64,000 bases of DNA. Source: Catajapyx aquilonaris. Its lineage: Eukaryota. Position numbers and translations under genes: made by a program. The notes under the pieces were generated by a model. It made no database searches and was not told the origin of the DNA. It saw only the letters and a list, made by a program, of their open reading frames with translations. The stretch's first letter is position 1, and each line of letters starts with the position of its first letter. Below are positions 55,391 through 64,000 of the stretch, piece after piece. The stretch is from contig JYFJ02000286.1 in NCBI GenBank assembly GCA_000934665.2, positions 1-64,000 of the forward strand, read 5' to 3'.

Positions 55391-55600
55391 AGGGCATATA
55401 GTGTAGTGGTCAGTGGGGCAGCCTTCCACCTCTGGGGACCTAGATTTCTTTCACAAGTCGGATAGATTTCATCATGAGGAAAGTGTCTTGATGAGTTATT
55501 TCCAAGTGTTTATGGGTTTCCTTGAAGGTGCCATTTCCTCCAACGATCAAGATCAAGCGATATTAGTCCCCTGTAAGCCTATCAAGGGAGATTCAATTAT
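55391..55600 (+). mobile_element. Degenerate tRNA/V-domain SINE
   Basis: A-box-like TAGTGTAGTGG, a decayed B box, and V-like GGGTTTCCTTGAAGGTGCCATTTCCTCC. Boundaries are approximate. Confidence 0.5.
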
Positions 55601-56000
55601 TTCTTGGGACATGTCTCACTGACATAGTCTCCACCATCCATTAGCGCATAACTCTGACACAGTCTCTACCATCCTGCTGCTAAATTGCTTCAGTTCTGTT
55701 TTGTTATGCTACGCGTTGACCTACCTGAGGAACTCTTTGTTTCACACCACCAGTTTCAAGTCAGAAATGATGCATGTGGACCATCTTTACACCCCCTATT
55801 TTTTCACACATTCAGTACAATAGGCACAATGTTCACTCTGTCATAAATTATAAGCATATCTAATAACAGTGAAATTAACAGGGCAGCATATGCAAATAAT
55901 GTTTAGGATGTTTTATTTGGTGTGATGTGTGGGAAGAAAAGGTTTAATGTTACATTACCAAAATGTTAAATAAAACTTTGACAGATGTGCATGTTGCTTT

Positions 56001-58998
56001 TCAATCTTCTGGTTTCTCAGGTGGAGGTCCACAGGGCTGCAGCATCTTCTCCATGAGATTGAACCTGACTCTGGCTTTGGCTTCATTCTCTGTCACTGCG
56101 AAGAAATTAAGCATGTCAAAGTGACCCATGTAAGCTGAATGGGAGTCACGGTGCTGGTTCACAAGCCATTCAAATTTAGTCGTGTCTGCGTGGCCTAGAG
56201 GGGGAGAGATATATATAATCAGTAATATTAACACAAATATTCCTGAGTTGCTTTTTTTTGCTTAAATTTTTGAATATTTTTCTTTTATGAGCAAATGAAA
56301 CCCTAACACAATCAATATCTAACTTAGGTACAAGTGTCGAGGTATTACAATTATATTTTACTAAATTCTCATTTCTAAAGTATGACTTGGTAATCGTTGA
56401 GGTGATGCTTGGCAAATTTGGATTAATGGTTGCATGTACAATATTAAATATCATACAAATTACAAACTAGAAGCATTTACAGTAAAACCTCGATATAATT
56501 TTCCTGTATAATAGTATACAAAACACTATGGCACTAATTTTACAAGTGATTCATAAATCCACACCATGAAAGGGACAATGCAACATGCAACAAATCCTTT
56601 TTAAGCCTTATATGCATGTTATATTTACAACAAAACCAATTGATTTAGAAACAACATGATATAGTCATGTTACAAGGGTCATTCCCACGTGCCACAAAAT
56701 CTCGATCTTGAACCACGTTTCTGAGGGGCAAAATCAGAATTGTTTGGTGACTGTTTCCACGAGCCACGTACTTTTTGTGATTTTCGGTGGATTGGCCTGG
56801 AACCACGCCCTCCCGCCTGGCGAAATAATTACTCTCACTTCGGCTCCCGGCCCAAGGCATGGGTGATTCTACGATAGGCCTGGCTGTAATAGCATGGAGG
56901 CATGCTATCTACGTTATTACACAGGTCCTGGCTGCCCGCAGAGTGAGGGGGAAGACGGGGCCAAGCAGAGAGCCACCATGTTGCTCAGCTAAGAGCCGGT
57001 CCGGAGGGGGGAGTGATGTCAGGATCGCGACTAGGAACCTGGCAGTCAATTTCTGCAAGTTGGCTGCCACAGTCACCTTCGTAAACGCGTTCGGGTGGAG
57101 GAAGGGCATGTGGGAACACCTCAGTCGCGTTTTTCGGGGGTAAGGATCATGATCCCTGTGGCACGTGGGAATGACCCTAATGTGTTGGGTTGTGAAGCTT
57201 ATGTGAGTCTCTCCTTACAAGATGATTACACTTGTACATGCATACCTTGCTAAGAAGGCGGGTTTGGTTCTAGACCCTTCCTGTAAAGCAAATCCTATTG
57301 TTTTTTTGTTTTTTTTTGCACTTGCTAATGCATCCGAGAGCCTTAAAACATGTTTACACTATCACATATTATGTGCACAATAGTTAGCTCTTTAAAAAAT
57401 AAAAACAATAGGCCTTTAAAACTGCATAAAGGTTTAAAAAATGAAACAATCCTCAGCTGATATGCATTGCAAGAGTGACAAAAGTACCAAAAATACTAAA
57501 AATTAATATTATTATTAAAACACCGTACAAGCAAAATGGCGAAAAGTGAGGTATGGCTGCACCATGTGGCCTGTACTTTGACAAGGTTTACAAACAACAG
57601 TGGCATCGTTGAGAGGCTGTGGCAGTCATATCTCACTTATCTCCAGACAGCAATGTTGTTCTTAAAACCTTTCATTTCATTTTTTGAAATAACTGGCTTG
57701 GTTATTCTGAACCACAGAATTACCCTGGTTCAGATTTGGGACAACAACATTAAAAAACCCAGATGCCATGCTCAGGGTTCAAACCTAGGACCCCCCAGAC
57801 ATATCAATCAATAGACATACTAGTGTTGTCCGATTGACACTGCACCGGCTACACTCGGTGTAGGGAGGTGACGTCACAGTGCAGCGAGTGTGACCCAGCA
57901 CTGGGGCCTCGAATCGGACACCTCCAGTGCAACCCAAGATGGCCGACAGCAGGATTTCCACAGGATCGTGCACAGGATCGTGGGCACCTTGGCGGTTTGA
58001 CCTTTTTTAGCTCTTTATAACGACGAGCAATTAATACTTGCACGCTAGGGGACACGGTGGTCTAGTGGCCAGTCCAGGGGCTACTGGCCAGCCAAGCGTA
58101 AGGTCCCAGGTTCAAATCACCCTCCATCCGCCGCCATCTTGCCAGCCCGTCTTCGCGCCTTACACCGCCTGCCCCACCTTCTCCACTGGTGCAGCGAGTG
58201 CAGCCCCCCGCTTGCACTGGTGCAGTTACACTGGCGAATCGGACACGCTGCTCCCGGTGAATCGGACGCTTTTTCCTGCACGAGTGTACACTGGCTACAC
58301 CAGTGCAATCAATCGGACAACACTACTATAGTCTGCCCAGCCCAGCCCCCAGCAACTTCTTATCTAGCCCTACAGGGAATGGCATGAGCTTAGTGGTGCT
58401 CCCCCCACGGTAGAATGTTCTATTTGGCACTGGCGTCGCTCCACAGACCACAACTGGTCACATTCGGGCGGACGGTTTTCTGAACCGTTCGGAACCAACC
58501 CAAACCAGCAATTCAAATCTATTCTCCAAGGCCATGCTTCAAACCGATCCAAACCTTCAAATAAGGTGACCAGACTGGCAGACACAGACGTCCAGAATTT
58601 TTTCAAGGGCCATTCGGTATCCGATCGAACCAGATCCAACGAACCATAGAACGACGCCAGCACCAAATAGAACATTCTACCGTGGGGGGAGAGCAACTAA
58701 GCTCACGCATAGGGGGAGGGAGATGCGAGATCTTATGTATACGGCCTTGGCCCAGCCTAACTTGCCTTTGAGATTATCATTTTGTTGACCAACTCCTGGT
58801 CAACAGAAACTCTAGTCAATGCATCACTCTCGTTGTGAACCTGACGATACCTCGGTTTGCTTTGTTAGCTGTGCACAATGCTGAGAGAATGAATGGTGGA
58901 GGAGTGTATGACACCAGATGACACGCATTTATACCTGTTCCAATGTACTTGGACTGCAAGTGCTCCAGCTGGCTATGGATGTTGTACCGGTCGCCCAT
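56001..58998 (-). CDS. SF3B5: Splicing factor 3B subunit 5 (SF3b10), 85 aa, 2 exons
   Basis: Exon 58998-58935 (MGDRYNIHSQLEHLQSKYIGTG) joins exon 56194-56001 (HADTTKFEWLVNQHRDSHSAYMGHFDMLNFFAVTENEAKARVRFNLMEKMLQPCGPPPEKPED*) across a phase-1 GT-AG intron. The sequence is highly recognisable as SF3B5. AATAAA at 55912-55917 (minus). Confidence 0.97.
56676..57177. mobile_element. PIF/Harbinger-like MITE in the SF3B5 intron
   Basis: 21-bp perfect TIR GGGTCATTCCCACGTGCCACA / TGTGGCACGTGGGAATGACCC, flanked by CAA and TAA. The interior is CpG-rich relative to the host intron. Confidence 0.85.
57821..58325. mobile_element. Non-autonomous DNA transposon (hAT-like ends) in the SF3B5 intron
   Basis: 17-bp perfect TIR TAGTGTTGTCCGATTGA / TCAATCGGACAACACTA with repeated internal GAATCGGAC motifs. 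No clean 8-bp TSD seen. Confidence 0.75.
58385..58705. mobile_element. MITE with long TIRs in the SF3B5 intron
   Basis: ~54-bp imperfect TIR TGAGCTTAGTGGTGCTCCCCCCACGGTAGAATGTTCTATTTGGCACTGGCGTCG / CGACGCCAGCACCAAATAGAACATTCTACCGTGGGGGGAGAGCAACTAAGCTCA. Confidence 0.85.
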
Positions 58999-60493
58999 CT
59001 CTGCCTCCCCTCACGTTTTCCCCGATCAAGTTGTCGTCCGTCCGGCCGCTTCCCTTCTCGATAAATTATTTCCAGAACGTCAGACACCGGCGACGGAGAA
59101 GCAACGCGAATGCTCAATGGAGAATGATGGAGAACATGAGGTGAGTTCATACAATACTAGGACCGACACAGGTGACGCCACCTACATTATTATTATATGA
59201 GAAAAATAATTGATTACTATTCTTCTTAGCCATAGTGCAATTTTAAATATTTATAATAAATTTTAACTCATAATTGCATTGAAAATCAAATATACAGCAC
59301 TGTACAGCTCCGAAATGGAATGAAACAAATTGCATTGCACAATGTATAAACTCACCCCCTGCAAGATGCCAGACGTTGAGCAAGAAAACCACAAACTTTC
59401 TACTGCATTTAATTTCACTCTCGCTTGAAAATCCCATTAAGAACAAAATTATCATTGGGACTTAAGAGCAGATGAATGAAATAATTGCCTGTTAATGACA
59501 AGTATGAATCCCATGTCCTGGCACCCCCGCGCGATAAATCCAAGATGTCCTCCGATTGAGTCTATTTTCAGCTGGCAGCAGCAGCAGACTCCGTAGTAGG
59601 TAATTTGAGACTGCCAAAGTGTCGAGTGGCCCCCGCATCATCCTCCAGGCAGCCCAAGGCAGAGGGAGGACATGCCCAACTGGAGCGGATCAAGGGTGAG
59701 AGCATACAATTCATTCGGGTGGGAATGACATCCACTGAATGGGTGGCATTAATCAGAAAAGTCACGAGAGCCTGGAACGGAAGAGTGTCATCGAATGTTG
59801 TTGTCGTCGTTTGGGAGTGAGGACGTGTGGGTGGATGGGAGGGAGGGAGGGAATGCTGTTTTGGGTCCTTGGGCCCTCGATGAGGAGGTGGAGTCAACGA
59901 CATGGGCGCGGGGCCAAGGCAAAGAGGAGGAAAGGAGGAAGGAAAGAAAGAAGACTGTCCGGAATAAGATCGGTGCCCGGAGCGAACCAAAACACGCAAC
60001 TGGGGCGGGGGAGGGAGGCCTGGCAGGTAGGTAGGGCAGAGAGGCAGGTTGAGGAGAGGGAATGAGGAAGCAGCACAGGCAATAACACAAAAAGGATGCT
60101 GCGAGGACCGCCCAACGCAGGTTACTGCTGGCCAGATATGTTCATGGTGAGTTATTCTACGTGTAATAAGGTATGGGAAGCAGTGCAGGATGAAGTGTGG
60201 AATCCCCTGAGAAGGAACAGAATTGATAAAACGAGAAAACGATTGTGTGTGTGTGCCTTTGCTCTCTGTGGAGCCATGCTTTACAGTAATGTTTTCTAAG
60301 AGAGCGTATATTATGAATGTGGTGTGTGTGACTAGCATGTAGGGAAATGATTGATTTCCTACAAAAGGGAGTAACATTGTCTGAAGTCAGTAATTTTCAG
60401 AGTGTAGGAAAAATTATTCATATGGCTCCACATGCCAAGCACCAAATTGTGAACTGGATCCACTGATAAATGCTACATTGCATGGCTATTATT

Positions 60494-60735
60494 ATTAATA
60501 ATAATAATGGATACCCCTTGGTAGGCCTTCTGGGACCTCTTTAATCATTGCCTGTGCTGTAATGGATTTTTGCATGTGGGAGGAAATGGGAGAGCCCCAA
60601 GAAAACCCACGTGAACATGGAGAGAACCCATCGAAACTCTATCCACATAAGCAACCTTTGTCCGTTCTGGGGATCGAACTCGGGATCTTTGATGTGAAAG
60701 CCTGTGGCGCTAACCACTAGACCACCGTGCCATCC
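60494..60735 (-). mobile_element. Full-length tRNA-derived SINE with V-domain-like core
   Basis: Minus strand: A box TGGTCTAGTGG, B box GAGTTCGATCC, core GTTCTCTCCATGTTCACGTGGGTTTTCTTGGGGCTCTCCCATTTCCTCCCACA (V-SINE-like) and an (ATT)n tail. 18-bp TSD CATTGCATGGCTATTATT at 60476-60493 and 60736-60753. Confidence 0.88.
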
Positions 60736-61169
60736 CATTGCATGGCTATTATTTTCCATTTAAACTTGTGAGGGTAACAAATCAAGTCAGTTTCAAGGAA
60801 AGGGTACCAGTGTTATCAGAGGTTTTTAAAAGTGCTTCTTGGTTTAATTTACAATGTGTTCAAGTCCTTGAACACAACACAAAGTTTCGAACTTTAGAAC
60901 ATGTATAATTTATAAATAAGTGTTGTTATTGGTATAGTTTTGTATTTGATAAATTAAGGTAAAGCTCTTGGATCAAATAATGCCGAGATGTAGACCAATA
61001 TTAACAAAGTTTTGCCACAGGAACTCTGCCAGCCCCAATTCTAATGTTTTGTGACATATTCCTTTCCCATGCCATTTATGAACAGTTAAGAAGGGCCGTA
61101 GGTGTGTAAGCAAGAGGTGCATTTTTATAAATTATGCTAACTGTACACTTATTCTCTTTTTTTTGCCAG

Positions 61170-64000
61170 TCCTCTGTGGACATGGGTGGGGAGAAGATAT
61201 CTGACCTCTGGCTGAGGATTGACCGTCACCACCTGGCATATTTGCAAATGGAAGAGAGCCCACAGAAATTAGAGGAGCGCCAGCTGCTGGAAGAGTACAT
61301 CCGCGAGTACCTTTGCTCTGTTCCACACGAACACAAGTTTTGCACTAGGGAAGCGACGCAGGTTCTTCGCCGAAGCATAACAGAGAAGCCAAACTTCAAC
61401 TTTTATCGGGCCCAGACTGCATTTGACTCGATTGGCGCCTATGCCATGAACCTCATATCTCAGCCATGGCGGAGGGAGTTTAGGGAGATCCGAATGTACT
61501 GTGGGTTTTACCAGCATCAGGTGGAGGCCCACCTGGTAGATGCTCGCCTTCTCTTTGGACCTATGGGTTACAGGGTCCAAGGACAGAAGATGATATTAGA
61601 GGGGCCTGTGGATCCAGAGAAGGTGGCCATGGTGTCCAGAGACTGCCTCATTGCCAATGTTGAGTGCCAGGTGAGCAAGCAGATACAATTTAGGAAAAGC
61701 AACTGACATGCAGGTCACTTGCTTAATGAGATGAAGCATATGTGTTTTCATGGGTCAAGCAGTAAGGATAAGATGCCTCCACACTCAATTTAAGGGTTTA
61801 CTTTATGCAGTAGTCAGACAAAATGATTTAGTCAAATAGCCTGAGTCTGGTTTATATTATGACTCTAACCTGTATTGGGAAAGTGGTTCATGTGAGATTG
61901 CCTTCCATGGGCTTGGATAAAGTAGGCTACTTAGGAAAGCTTTGTGTCACCTTTCTATCGTGGCTTAATTTGACAAATTATGCGTCAAAGACTATTACCA
62001 TATCACTTGATGAAGTCTAGGAAGGTTAAAAAGCATTGCAGAAGAATTTCTAGTGTGTGTGACCAGTTAGATTGGTTTTCTCATTCTTCATTTCTCATAA
62101 ACCTGTTATTGGAAAGATAGAGAAAAACTATTTAGTGTCTTGCCTTTTCAACAGATCATGTGTATGATATGGGAGGAGCTGTCACCCCAGTACCCCTGCA
62201 CTGTGCAAGATGTGCTGGAATTTCGTCAGAACCATGTAGGTGATGCTACTGAAGCTGTCCGCACTATGTCTTACTATTTCCGCCAGAGACAATACCACCA
62301 GATGGTGATGCAGAGCCAGCATCATTTGTACTCTTCCATGGCAACCCCAACAGCTCCCCCACCAGTTGCCAATACCCTTCCAAACCACTATCAGTTTGAT
62401 CCCACCTACAACAATCCAAACCTTCCATATTACTGCACCATGCGCCACCCATCACAACTCTACCCAGCTCCACAAGTGTCTCCATTTTATCCTGGTGTGT
62501 CACCCTTCTACCACCACCATCAGATGTCTCCAGCAGCCCCTCAGTCCTCAACACTAATTGGTGCAGGGCCAAGGCAGCATGTTCCAACAGAGAGGCTCAT
62601 TGACGTGGATGGACCAGAGCAGCCATTGGTTGCACCCAGTAGTGTCACCAGGCAGACTAAAGTAGTTCATGCACCAAAGAAGGATGAATTTGCACCTGAG
62701 CCAAGTTTGCAGGTAAGGGGAAGATCAGTTTTAATTTTCTGATATGTGACATAATTGAAACTTTTTGGAATGTTGGAGGTAGGAGAAATGAGTTAATATG
62801 CAGCAAAATTGAGATGTTTTGGTTTTGACTAGGTTCAGGCAAAGGACCGCACCAAAGTTCGTAATGGGGATTGGTCTGATAGCTGGAGCTACGTATACAG
62901 TGGACTGGAAAGTCGTGGATATAGTAAGGATCTGGGAGATAGGGGTGACTTGCTGGCCAACCAGGGGCGAACTGTGACTAGAAGCCACACCAAGAGCCAA
63001 GTTCAGACAAGTAATGGCATTTCTAATAACAACACACCACTTCCCAGGAGTGTACTTGAGCTGCAGGATACTCTTAAGTATGTGCTGGAAACTATTTAAG
63101 TGCGTGAGACCTGTACGTAACACACTAATGAGTTTAATTGTTGTTGGATAGGAGGGAAGCACTTGAGATTCCAAAGACATCGCATATAACTGCACCTGGA
63201 AAAGCTGTCCCTGTGGTTGTTAAGCCAACTTCAACCTCTACTAAAGCTACATCTGCACCAAAAGAAAAAGTAGATGATAAGCACATTGAGTTTATGAAAG
63301 TTCTTAACAGCTTTGAATCAGGGATCAAGTTTATTGAAGATGAGTCTCCTGATGAGAAACCATCTGCAACTGCAATTGGAATTGCATCTGCAACGAAAAC
63401 CACAGCAGCTGTCATTGAAAATCGCAGTTCTACTTCCATTGGATCACTGAAGGTATGGTTGTTAACTTTATTGCAGCAATTTTGTTGGTGCATTGTAATA
63501 AATTTGTTACGGTGGCATATTTAAAAACTGATAGTTGTAGGAATTTGTGAATTGTTGATATGGGCAAAGAAAGAGTCAATTATCAATGAGTCTTAAAAGT
63601 ACAGTAGCACAGTAACGTGAAGTGTCATCTTTTCTCTCTCTACATTATCAGGTGACAGCAGCAGATTCCAGTTTGGTAACACCTTCTCAAACAGACAGAA
63701 TCCGTGAGGCCCGTGTGGTGACCATGCCTCGCGATCCTCCTCGTGTTTCATCATCATCTAAAGATGCACCACAATCTAGTCAGCACAAAACAATGAAATT
63801 ACCACCAGGTAACATCGCCAGGTGGAAGTGCCCCAAATGCACTTACCAGAACACTGAAGTTTGCCCGACATGTGTTGTGTGTGACACACATCGACCCAAG
63901 GAAACTTCTCCAACTTCACCTAAATCACCAGTTACAGCAGCTACCCCTGAGACACCCAAGCCTGTCCCAAGTGCCAAAGAATCAAGTGATGCCACAGATG
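61170..64000 (+). CDS. tamo: Tamozhennic / SPATA2-like protein (N-terminal PUB-like domain, C-terminal RanBP2-type zinc finger); 3' end lies beyond the window
   Basis: Exons 61170-61670 (first internal ATG 61182), 62155-62712, 62833-63077, 63152-63452 and 63652->64000, with consistent phases. PUB-like segment AFDSIGAYAMNLISQPWRREFREIRMYCGFY…MGY…LEGPVDPEKVAMVSRDCLIANVECQ. Tamozhennic-type motif SWSYVYSGLESRGYSKDLGDRGDLL. RanBP2 zinc finger WKCPKCTYQNTEVCPTCVVC at 63823-63882. The upstream first exon is uncertain. Confidence 0.85.

Noticed and set aside
59568..60377. 269-aa minus-strand ORF
   Set aside because: Low-complexity Pro/Ser/Phe product that comes from the purine-rich 5' region of tamo read in antisense; no family features.
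1..64000. CRISPR arrays, operons, prokaryotic defence systems, rRNA genes and conserved miRNA hairpins
   Set aside because: The sequence is eukaryotic, with no regularly spaced direct repeats or rRNA motifs. I did not spot any conserved bilaterian mature miRNA by eye, though that scan was not exhaustive.

Overview
This is animal genomic DNA, most likely from an arthropod, judging by spliceosomal GT-AG introns and a tamozhennic-type gene. It is not a prokaryotic window. It has two halves. About 1-35 kb is a CpG-rich stretch with no gene I can support, and it looks like a regulatory gene desert. About 36-64 kb is a compact, CpG-depleted cluster of five intron-containing genes that I assembled by hand: SHCBP1/nessun dorma-like (-), CHCHD7/COX23 (+), SELENOI/EPT1 (-), SF3B5 (-) and tamozhennic/SPATA2-like (+, runs off the window). 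Their introns carry many MITEs (hAT, PIF/Harbinger, Tc1/pogo types) and V-domain tRNA-SINEs. The most notable observation is in EPT1: its ORF ends at an in-frame TGA that aligns with the selenocysteine codon of vertebrate SELENOI (…KQQSD-TGA-LVADNSC-TAA versus human …KPNSD-U-LGMEEKNIGL). I found no canonical SECIS by eye, so Sec recoding, readthrough and a plain ancestral stop all remain open. The CpG boundary near 35 kb coincides with several CTCF-like motifs. Gene names rest on my recall of family sequences; no database search was run.
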